Source: Balanoglossus misakiensis (taxonomy: Eukaryota > Animalia > Hemichordata). From it: a stretch of DNA of 64,000 nucleotides. The notes beneath the pieces are model-generated. The model was not told the DNA's origin. It searched no databases and saw only the letters and a program-made list of their open reading frames with translations. The translations under genes were made by a program, and so were the position numbers. Where the stretch lies: assembly GCA_040954595.2 (NCBI GenBank), contig CM082577.2:9697846-9761845 (forward strand), written 5' to 3'. Positions 40,277 through 52,200 of this stretch are shown one piece after another. Position 1 is the stretch's first letter; every line of letters begins with the position of its first letter.

Positions 40277-43200
40277 TATCATCTCTTTCATCTTGTGTCC
40301 GGCCGCACTTGCGTTTGTGTGTCTCTGGGGACGCCAAGAATGCATATGCGTCTTTTTCTAATTTGAATATTTTGAATGGGTTAATTTAATGCTTACAAAT
40401 TGATACATTTTAGGTCTGCTTCGACTGGAACGCGTCAAGTGTACATGTTGTTATGGAAGTTTATTTTAGAACCGCGTGGCTTGCCCTTCAAAAAAAAGCT
40501 TCTGTATTTAAGGTTGACAATTTACTTGCCGTGTATCATTATATAGTTGCCCCGGGCAATCGGGCGAAGCTTAATTTCGAACCCTGTTAAATAAATATAC
40601 AAAACTCTTAAGCCCTAGTAACTAACTTTTAGCGATTTTTCAACTGTTTTTTTTCTTTAAGAATTTTTTGTTCTTCGCACAAACGATTCATGCCAAACTG
40701 CTACAGTGAATATACGCGCGCGCACAACGAAACCACAAAAGATCGAAACTTCAAAATGCGGCAGCAACTGACACTATTTCCTTAAATACCACAAGGCGGG
40801 GAGGCATGAATTGCAATTAAGATAATGAAGAAATTTCGACAATGATACTGTGTTGTGTGAGTTACATGTGTTTCTATATATACCTACTACTCTTACCCCC
40901 ATCAGTGTTTGACCCTCGAAAGCTTACAGACACTACTGCTTTGTTTCAACTAATCCTTCGCCCTGTGAATATACTCGTACATTGACCTTTTGGGGCGGGA
41001 TTCTTTTTTGGCGCGCAACCACTAGTACCAGGCCGCAGACCAGGAACTGGTGACCCGCCGTTTGTTTCCAACGCCAAATTTGATTCTAATGTTGAATTTC
41101 CGAGAAAACAATTTATCTGACCTGTAGTTTTCTTGGCTCGCTTACGTTTTAATTTGGAAACTTTTAAAAAAATCATACGCCACCGTCTTGATGTCTGGCC
41201 CCTATTTTAATAATGGTATCGCCATTTTCGCAAAGTTAGCTCAGATTCCATGAACTCGAGATTCTGTGCTATTTTCCTCAATCTACTGGCCGGTTTTGGT
41301 TCTCTGCTGAACCACTTCTCCGGCCTGGCGTCAACACGGTGAACGGTTCGTGTTTTGAAGCCGTTTCCCATGCACATGGTCAAAGTTTGACCTTCCGGTT
41401 TAATGATCTCCCTAGCATATTACTATAAATTTGATGGAAATTCCAGTGACGCGTTGTGACGTAGCCATGACGCGTTGTGACGTAGGCAAAACGCCAGCGG
41501 GCCAAGTTGTAAAAACTCTTCAGTGAACTAGGGCGTCTGGGGCGCTCTTTAATCGAAAAGAGGGTGTTCTCATCGAAAAGTGAATACTGTAATCGAAAAG
41601 CTGAGGTACTCTCATCGAAAAGAGGGGCGCTCTTTAATCGAAAAGAGGGTGTTCTCATCGAAAAGTGAATATTGTAATCGAAAAGCTGAGGTACTCTCAT
41701 CGAAAAGCGGGTGCTCTCATCGAAAAGCTTGGTGCTAATTTTGGCATGAATTACACTCCATAGGGTAGGGCCAGCGTTAATGTTCTTGTGGTTCCAAAAT
41801 TTGTATACCAACATTCCCCAAGCTTTACCACCACATCAGTGATCATGCGATAGTTTTAATTTGAAAATTAGAAACATAGTTCAAGAAGCCCCTCGGAAGA
41901 AAATTGCATTAGCTGGTTTGATTGGATATTATTTTTTTTTTAAAAAGGCCTCTGGCTTTATCTCAATTAGGGTATGAAATTCTGTCAATCAAATACCGGT
42001 GAAATGTCAAATCATTTACTTCGAGACACTTCAACATTTTACAGTGGAGCAATTCATGGAGGCATTCTCTCTGGGGACGCCCAGCATGGACTGCTCGACC
42101 TTAAAGACTATGAAACCCAATCCTCGCAAACCGCTATAAAACTGACAGGACAACAAGTATTGAGGAATCTCTTCATTTCTCCTGAAAATATCAAAGTGCA
42201 ATTGACAATGTGAAAGTGGTCTATAATTCTAAAAGTACACAGCCCCGCGGGGGGTTCTCCGGTGAAAGATGAAATTGACTGAAAACACATTGCTCCCGTG
42301 AGATGCGTAGCCACAAAGGGCAATGCTATATCAGACATGATAATGGTGAAAGTCAGAAATCCCTGTGCCTGTATGTATACAAACTAGAACCTGCCCAAGC
42401 TTTTGAAACAAAACAATATCCATGGGATCAATTAGAGCCAGTGGCTTTTCTGCGATTACACTCAGAATTTCTTCTGGATCAATACTGATTGTAAATACCG
42501 GTACATCTTATCACTTGACATCTCTCTAGAGTTAAAGTACATGTAAGGACAGCTCAGCTGATCGGAAGACCAGACAACCTTCTCACAGACAATCACTCCA
42601 CAGTAATTCTTTTCTTTCCGGCGCCAATCACTGTAGTGCCATTAGTAACAAATTAAATCCATTTAAAGCTGCAAGTCCAAAACCGTCTTCGCAGTGCAGT
42701 CTCCGTGACTCGCATATCCGTAGAGTACCTACTCGACACAAGCCATCCCTCCTGATGAAATCTGCTCCATCGAAAACAGGCTGGTGTAGTTACGCCTACT
42801 GGCATCCATATTAGATCACCGATTTGTTTTTGTTTTTTTTGTGGTGGTGGTGGTTGTAGTACGCTTTATTTTACATCATAATGCTTCACCTTATGCTGAT
42901 TTGAAAGTCTAGTCAGGCTATCCATTGGATCAAAAGACAGGTATCACATTTCAGAAAAACACAACGTTTGTGTACAGGAATGTGGAGCGTGCATTAAAGC
43001 GAAGTGTGATTGCCAACCTTTGGCAGGCGACAGGTGTTGAAGCATGACAACTTCCTGGCCGCTGCGTTCCACATCTCGGCCGCGAGAGACGCGCTGCAGA
43101 CAGAACGGTGCGAGATTATATTTCCACGAACACGACTCTGCCACAAGACGCTCTGACACCGGGGTAAACACGCAACAGGATTGATTGATTAATTCAGACA

Positions 43201-46200
43201 GCGAGAAGGTTATATGAAGCCAGTTGATTTCGACGCTGGGAAAAACACTGGAGAAGTTCTGTTTCATCAGCTGCAACCTGAAACCACTGATTCTGTCAGC
43301 AACTTCACAAAATGAAAGGGTTTTCAAATTCACGAAATTACGCCACTGAATAAAGACCAGTTGCTCCTTTAATAAAGTTGCTTTGAAAACACTGAAGTGG
43401 GTTACAGCCTGCAAACGTACATGTATGTCCACGCTAACGAACGAATCCCACCTTTAAATTGAACATTTACCATTTTCTCAGAATGTATGAACATCCAGAC
43501 AAGATTGACAGAAGATGAAAAGAGGCATCCCTTGTCATTTGCTGAGCCGAGCAACAGATTGAACTGCGGAAAAACCTAATGCTTCGTATTTTCCTCGGCT
43601 ATATTTGAGTTGCATTATTAAAGTGGCGAGCAGACGAGATTAGTTCGTTATACATCCGCGATGACTTTTTTTCCCCTCCTCAATGCCGTTATTGGGTGCC
43701 AATTACAGGGCGATGAAAACGGCTAGAATTTGATCATCTGTGGAAATGGGCAAATTTCACGGATTGGGAATTCACCGGGTGGGGGTTTGGGCGACGACAG
43801 CGGAGACCAGAACAGTGGGAAGGAATCGGCAAACATGCCGGAGACTGCGGAAAAAGAGTTCAGCAGCTGGATTCATCCACTCGTGATCTGGCAGACAATA
43901 TTCTTTTCTGGCCTCCTCCACGAAATCCAATCAGGCAAACAGCTCGGAGGGATTGGACTTGCATAGGAAAAATAAAACGGAAGAGTTCGGCACACATGAG
44001 GAAACAGTGATGGATATGATGGTTTTTACAAGCTGGAGGTCCGGACCTCCCGAGCTGTCAAAAAGGACACATGTCATATTCTCACGTAAAAAGAGAATAC
44101 GTACATGTATACTCCAATTTGGCAGTGCGAGATCTAGACTATCGAATCCCTCACCCCCCCCCCCTCCCCTTATAAGTATCACCCCTGACTTTTCCTCTCC
44201 AGGGGTAATCATCGCCAGCCAACATGATGTAATTCTGCCCCATCAGACAGATTTAATGACGGCGATGCTCAGGAAAGCGCAGCATCACTTCCGAAGTGCA
44301 AGAATGTAAATGTAACGGAGACAGGGATTGGTTAATATCCACAGCTGATCAAGTCACATCTTTGTTGCTGCCATCGTGGTCTCTCTTGCTATTCATAGAC
44401 AACCAAAATCATGACATCTCTCCCTCTCTGGCTTCATCTGCGATCAGCTAGGTGCAGTATTTTAAAAGATCAAACATAGTTGTATTTAACGAACACAGCC
44501 AGAAATGTCAAAATACCTGTTTCATGACTATTACACAGTTCTAACGAAGAATAAGTCAATACTGGTATCATTTTCTAAATGAATTGCCAAATTGATGACA
44601 AATAATTCAAATTAATTAATCTTAATTCTTTAAATCAATGGATTAAAAAAATTCCAAACTGACTTTGCAGTAGTTTTGGTATTTTCTGCTAACTTGCCCA
44701 ATTGAAGTATTACCCGTTTTCCATTTTGAAACTATAAAATAAAGATTTGCCAAAGGGAACAGTAACGCCTTTATTACTTCAATCTCACTGAGGCTCGATA
44801 TCACCATTTAGGGACTCCAGATTTTCACGAGAACAGCCCGAGACTGCGACTAACGAGAGGTTGCGACTAACCTGCCCTAAGTGACTTTGTTTATAGCTGA
44901 AGGAGCTCTAATAATGGCCTCTCAATTTCATTAATGCCGGCCAGACAATCAAGACTACCGGAAGCTTAAGTACACTGGGTGAGTTGTTCGTATGCACTCT
45001 CGACTGGGGTCATGACACAAACTTCCGGTACAGTACAGAGAGTAATTCCTGGTTAGAACAGCACAAACTATAAAGGGTGACCTGAGCTCGTGATTCAAGT
45101 TCATCTGCAAAGGATGTGGTACTCATATGTTCATTCAAGGGAAATTATCTGCCCAATGCAAATTTGAAAAAAAAAATATTGACATACATTTGTCAATCCT
45201 GGAAGTATTTTTTGCATTGGAAATGTGTGGTTACCAGTTAGCTATCCAAGTACTGAGAACACGCACGATCCGACTAGTTCGTGCTGACGTCTGATCCATC
45301 ACTGCGTAATGTACGTGTACCAACAAACGTTAAATCTTGCTGAGATTTCCCATCTCCCTTGTGGCTATTCTAATAAACTATAACCACAAGTGTTCCTGAA
45401 TCACAAATACACTGCTGTTTCTAAAAAAAAACACTTTCCACTTTCCCACATTGTGTACTGCAAACGTCTCATCTCTCATACTCGACACACTATTTATTTA
45501 TTTAATATGTAAATGATATTAATTTCATAAATATGAGATAACTTTCAACCCAATGGCAATATGGTCTGATCTGCACATCATGCATTCTACGAGAATAGTA
45601 ACTAACCAGTTGATAAACCAAAGAAAATCAATATATTTACAGATCAGGAATCATAGCCTGTCTGTTCGGATATCAGAAGATCACAAAAGATGGGGGTGGT
45701 TTGACGTCACATGTGATGTTTCAAGGATATGGCTTACCTTAATGGTCGCCGCATGTCGGTAAATCATAACTGATACTGGAAGTCATAAATGCTTTATCAT
45801 TATTCATATCATACGGCATTCACAACAATAACTGCCTACCCTTCAAAATAGCGAGCAAACAAGGACCAAATTGTTTTTTCTGAAACATTGTGCGTACATA
45901 CGAACGTGGAAATTTGCTCTCGGCTAGTATGTAACACTTTTCGTTCTTTTTCACTATTTTTGTAGCTCTGTATGAACTGCAGTTTCTTGTTCGACTCCTC
46001 AGTGTATGAAATGCGGAATACATGCATTAGATCATCATCACAGCTAATGTGTCTACAATCAATATTGTTCTCATCGAAAATCGAATCTAGAATTCATCTA
46101 GATCTGGTCAAGAATTTATCTGTCAACAACAACATTCATCATTTACAGTACACGTTATGTTGACAAGCAGAATACTGGGCATTTTGGTCTGCTGAACAAG

Positions 46201-49200
46201 AACCTGACTGTAAATGAGCAGAATAAAAATCCCGAAAAAAACGCAAGAAGTTGAGGCCAGTGTCCCTTTAATACAAAGAGTACTATTTTTAGCAAAGAGT
46301 GGGATATACGCATACAATAGCAGAACTCTGAGGGCTTTCAGAAAGGAGGGAAAAGTGGTGTTTGACAATGGAAGAGGCAATTCACTGCTGGTGAAGTAAT
46401 TACTCCTTGAGTGAGAAACAAATCACACAGAATCGGATGTGATGTGAAAGTTCCCGAGTGCGGTTCTCAGAAAGTTTTGGAACAATGCCAATCGGTTGGG
46501 GCTCCGTATCGCGAAATAACAAACTCGCAATTGTTTTCCCGAACAGCTGTGTCAGAGAACAGACTAAATATTTCATATCTGGGAAAGATTTACTATAAAC
46601 AGCGTTCTGATCGCTGCCACAGCCAGGTTTAAATACAAGTGACTCGCATAGTACGAGCGTGAAGACAACTTCAAGAGCAAGTGTGTCTGCAGATATCACC
46701 CTTACCCTCTGTAATTTGTAGGTCAGTCCCAGCAAAGGATTGTCAACAAATGAAAACAACACTAATTGTTTCTCTTTATGATCATTTTTTTTAAGTACGG
46801 GTGGTCTCAGCAAACACAGACTTATTGTTTTGTTCGGCCTTGTGTTAGGCTTACCAACAAGTGGAGCTTGCGTCGCCGACAAAACGCTAGACGGATTAAA
46901 AAAATGTTAAATCAATAACTCCTTATTTGGCGGCGGGCGATTACATCATTGATTTTGCACGGTGTGTGGAATGGCATTGATTATTAAGCGTCGAGTAACG
47001 CTGACCCCAACAACAATACATGTACATGCACTTTGAGTTACTAATATATGTGGGGGAATGTTATGCCTTCCTTCTGCTTTGTCGAACGCACAATGGCAAC
47101 TTTGTTCTGGTGTTCACGTAATTCAAGCTCTTTAGCTCCCGAAACCCGTCCGGTGAGGAGACAGTTCTCTCAACTGGCTTGTCCTGTGGATTTCAGGCGA
47201 TATCCACTAAAGATCGGTGGTCAAATTTTCTACATTTTTTGAAATGCGCAAGATTTACAAATGTATCATTTCAACGTGCGGGACCAACAGAGGATAGATT
47301 CTGAACATAAACTGTGCTTATTCTGAAATACCACAAAATGCGGTATTGGGCAGGAGCCACCAATACACCAAAAATATGCAGCCTCCTGCACATAAAAAAC
47401 TAAGTTCAGAAATTTGCTTGCTGTGTCTTCAGGACATGTACACGAACGCTGTCTGTAACTTCTTTCAACAAATCTACTGAAGCACATGATAGTTTAACAG
47501 GCTGAAGTCATTTCATTTAGTAATATTATACTCATCCTAGTGACTCAAAGAGCAAAATATTCAATTCAGGTAATATAAAACCCATATTTTACCCCATTAT
47601 GACCTAACTTAATCCCGTATTTGACATGTTGACAATAATTGTCACGCAAGAATTACAGTCGTTGTGTCTCAGGTTTGCATATTTGTCAATGCCCTAGAGG
47701 TGAATTTCTGGATTGTTTGTTCACGTATTAAAAGTTTCATTGACAGAAGAATAAAATTTGGTTTCAAGAACTCACAGGGGCACTGCAGTCACCTGATCCT
47801 CTGTAAATGCGACATACGCGGGCTGGTGCTGACAGATCTCTGAACAGTTGAATAATAAACTCTGAATTTTCACAGATGAAATCATGTAAACAAGCCATCC
47901 ATTACACAGCGACAGAATTTATCTGCTGTCGTACAATGTAACCTTTGCACCTGCAGCGAACGTTTGAACATTCGTCTTCCTGTCGGTCGAGACGGACGGG
48001 AGCACTGCAGCATTTAAAATTACATCAATCAATTTTTTTTTCTTTCTCACATGCACTAATGCCCTCAGAGGTGGAATATCATTAAAGGGGGACCCTTTAA
48101 TTGGTCTGGGACACCTGTCTGGAACGGGTAGAAAACTAACAGCGTGCAAACAGCCAGTGGCAGAGAGAAGCCCACACTGCTCAGATCGTATCACCTGAGT
48201 GCTTGTGCTCGATCAATGAACCAAACAAGGCCGGGCGATAAAAAAACAACCAGTGGTCAGTACTCATCTGGCAGCCCGGTACTCCAAAATCCAATGGGAC
48301 TGGATAGTATCAATATTAAATGCTAACTGAAAACGTATGAGGTGAATATCTAACAGCGATTCAATGACTTTTCGACCCAGAGACAGAATGATTATTGGGT
48401 GCGGGGGGACTTCGTCGATAATAGTATATTGAAGCAATTCAGGGAGGAGGAAAGATCACCTCAACTGTCTCTATTGCTATGCTACACATCAGGCTACTGA
48501 GAGAGCGTTTTCATATTTCCACTATACATGTATGATGTATGTACTATGTACATAGCCGCACACTGCATCAAAGAAAATGTACCACCAATGCACTAAAAGC
48601 ATTCCCCCCCCCCTCCCCCACTTCAATACAGTGGTTTATGCCAAATCGGCCAATGCACCGTGCACTCTAATACGTTCGTCAAGTCACGGAAAATAATAAT
48701 GGATCCCACATGACAGATTACATCATTGCGTGTCTGACGGTAATGCGGTTATCGTGCGTGCAATCTGCAGTGAACTGATCTATGCCTTAATCGCAGTCTG
48801 CTGGATGTAAAAATAGCACACGCATCAGGTAAATCTTTGAGGTTCTGACATCAGGGATGTGATTTAAAAGTCTTCCAGTTCCTGACACATCTCTGTACAA
48901 TCATTATTTCAAAAGTTATTATTAAACATGGAGATATGGCTGCCACGGAAGGGTACTTTGTTTTCGTGCATAGATACATGTACATTTTATTTACATTTTT
49001 ACGATTACATCAATGAGATATGGTTACCACAACATTCTATTGTTGCTGTTTAGGACACATTATTTTTTTAATGACAGGAAATAATTTTGACTTTTTAAAG
49101 GTATTTTGTTTTGTTTACTCCACAACATACTTTTTTTTTTTACAGATTAATGAATTTCTTTTATAATTAAAGGGACAGGAACTGTAACTTTTGACAATTA

Positions 49201-52200
49201 AAAAATATATTTATGATACGACTGGAATACTTTTTTTAAAAATTTAAATGCCAATAATAGCATTGACATAAAAGGCTCAGAGAAATCTGTACATTCTGCT
49301 GACCTAAACAGTTTGAGTTGTAATTCATTTTGCCGGCAAATCATCACATCAGCGAGGAAGAATTGAAGCAGATGACATTACAACCAGTTTGACCTGGGGC
49401 AGGTCAAGAATGCAATGTCATCTGGGGAACTGGCCACACACAGAAGTGATCACGATCATAAAATTTCAAAGGTGACCTTGAAAAAACAAAGCCATATGCT
49501 AGAGCAATAAATCAACCCTGGTAAACTGGCATAAAAGCCTACATGAGGGGTCCACATGTGTTTTCTTGGGTGAGCCAGCTGACACCATTATATTGTCAAT
49601 TTTTTTTTATTTTTGAAATAAACTTTTTTAAGTGAATATTAAATACAGCAAGGTACATACATATGTGTAACGAGGCAATCTGAAAATGTATTTTAAAACA
49701 ATTTCCTTTCACACAGCTGTTCTACACTCAATAAAATTTAGACCATGTAAGTGTGGGTTGATGAAAATGAACAGATTGTTCAATACGTACTCCAGAACCT
49801 GATCGACCAATTTAATCGTTGCCACATCGAGCTCAGAAATCACTGATCAGCAACACTGCACGACTGTTCAAGATATAAACACATTGAAAAATCCTTTGAA
49901 TCTGAAATAAGAATTGGGTTTATTCATTTGTGGCTACTTGACTGCGATGACGAAAAAAAAATCCAGCACTTTGTCGGCAAATGCCTTGGGCGCGCGCGAC
50001 CGATGAACGTTCGTGCACTAAACTGAAACTCCGCATTCTGAGAAAAACGTGACAAAACCATTGATATGATGATTAGAGTGTATGTGTGCTGGGTGTACGC
50101 TTTCCAACGTGATATCGGTTTATCGCTCGAGTAGGGAGACATACGAGGCAGCCTAGTTAAGTGGTAAATGGAACTGTCGACTTGGTTTTTATAATGGCAA
50201 AGGGGAGGGCAAGTACAGAGATTGGAACGAATTAGCTCAATGACTGCGCCCGCATTTCAGGGAAATTCGGCCTCCAAAAGTCACCTCTTAGAGGAGACGG
50301 GCGACGTCGTACACAAAGTCACGATGTCTCCGTCCGCAGACTGCGTCAAAGAATCGATGCGTTGACAAGATGTACCTGTGGCATATCAGCTTGATTCATG
50401 CACAGATTCCTGTGTGTGTAGACCATACCTGCTTTGCGTTTCAGTCTCTGAACAAGGTACCGGGACGTACCGATTTGAAGTCTACAAACGTCACTTTATC
50501 CATGAAGCAGAGACAGTTCGCGTACGTGTTTTTAAACTACTAGACGATGAATCCTGAATGGGGAAACTTCACTGACGGAAACGGTAAATTGGAAATAATC
50601 GTCTTCAAGTCAATCTCGGATCCTCCAGAACGAAATTCAATTTTGCCCTTCCTTTCATATAAAAATATCAAGGATGCCGGGTAAACGACGGCCGGCGCGC
50701 TCTCCGTCACAAACAAATCAATCTCCCCATTTTGTCAGTTACCAGCTGAGCTCGGAAAGGCTAATAGTTGGAAGGATAGGGCATTTGACTGACTAGCCAG
50801 TGGGCCATAAGAGACACAGGAAGGAGGCTGAGATAGTGCCTGTTTTTCACTTGAAACACATGATATATGTTTTCAAAGCGTCTATGCCGTCTCCAGCAGG
50901 GTATAAGTATAAAGGTTTACTGATAAACAACTCGGTTTATTTTCAATGGGTGGAATTATCGTAATTCTCAGGTGAAATATATGCAATGTCAAAAACAAGA
51001 AGTCTCCTATGTTTCTTCATTCAAAACCATCTTGACAATTGGGAGTGAAAAGATGAGGGCTGGAAAGAGATGAAAAAACAGTTTTATTTCCTGGTAGGAC
51101 ATGGAGGCGTGTCTCACAAGAGCTGTCCCAAACTATCGACCCAGTGAGTGAGCTGTCCACGCTATAAAACCTGTCAAAAATGTCACCTGGGTGCACGAGA
51201 CAAGATTAGACAAGATAAAGAAACACCACCAACAAAACCCACACCTGTCTATCACTACTGGCAACAGAACCTATCAGGTGAAATATGGCCAGTACTTGAC
51301 ACCTTTACATGGAGTGGTTAGAGCTTCACCAATCCCCTGAGACATTGTGGCTGCAACCAGTTCGATTCCCAAAACCAGCCACCATTTAAATTGCAAACCT
51401 ATAAAAACTACTAACAAACACTGTTAGTGTTTGTTGGTATTTGCTACACTGTACTAGACAACAGCCAAAATTTTTGTCTGTATAGTGTATGGCATCCGAT
51501 GGATGTTGAAGTTTACATTTTACAATCAGAGTTATTTGGAAAGAAGAGAGGGTCTTTGTTGGACAGACGTGACTGCTATCATTCAGGTAGTGTTGAAAAA
51601 AAACACAGCCTGCACACACTGCGGTAAACAGTGTGTACTTTGTAAATCAAGATGGGCGGAGGGCGTTCTGTTTCAGTTGACCGATCCTGACGCTGCGATT
51701 ATTACACAACGCGAGCTGTGTAAAGCACCGATTCTTAAATTTTTACCCCCAGTCCAAACAGCGGGACAATGGGTAGTGACGCAACCGCGACACACTTACA
51801 TGTACACACACATAGGCAACACTGGCTCCAGTCATCGCCGGGCTCGACAAAAAAAGGGAACCACTATACATGTACCGGTGCAACAACCGGGGACCAGTCA
51901 CCCGGAACATCCCCCAAAGATGCGTTCCCTGTGGTTTAGAGTTTCACCCACTTGATTGCGGGCGTGCGGGTTACATGTAGTCCCGACCCGTATAATGCCG
52001 ACCAAAAACGCAATGCATACTTCCATTGCCGAAGCCTGTTTGCAATCCTTCAATTACAACCTATCAGTCCCCGCAAACAAACAACCCACTGTCCGTCTGT
52101 GCCAGATTCACCGGGGAGAAGAAAAACACTTGCGGAATTTCCACAACACACAAACCTCAGCAGAGCCAACAACACAAGAAATTTTTCACACACATATACG

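Larger units (their letters stand above)
39691..41762. mobile_element. Non-autonomous TIR DNA transposon, probably IS3EU superfamily (2,072 bp)
   Basis: Perfect 31-bp TIR tatggagtgtaattcatgccaaaattagcac / gtgctaattttggcatgaattacactccata; 6-bp TSD GGGTAG at 39685-39690 and 41763-41768. TAY..RTA termini with a 6-bp TSD are, as I recall, the Repbase hallmarks of IS3EU. Confidence 0.85.

Noticed and set aside
45730-45760. ATG...AAG|GTAAGC mini first-exon candidate (MRRPLR)
   Set aside because: Would need to skip the next exon to stay in frame; no promoter evidence
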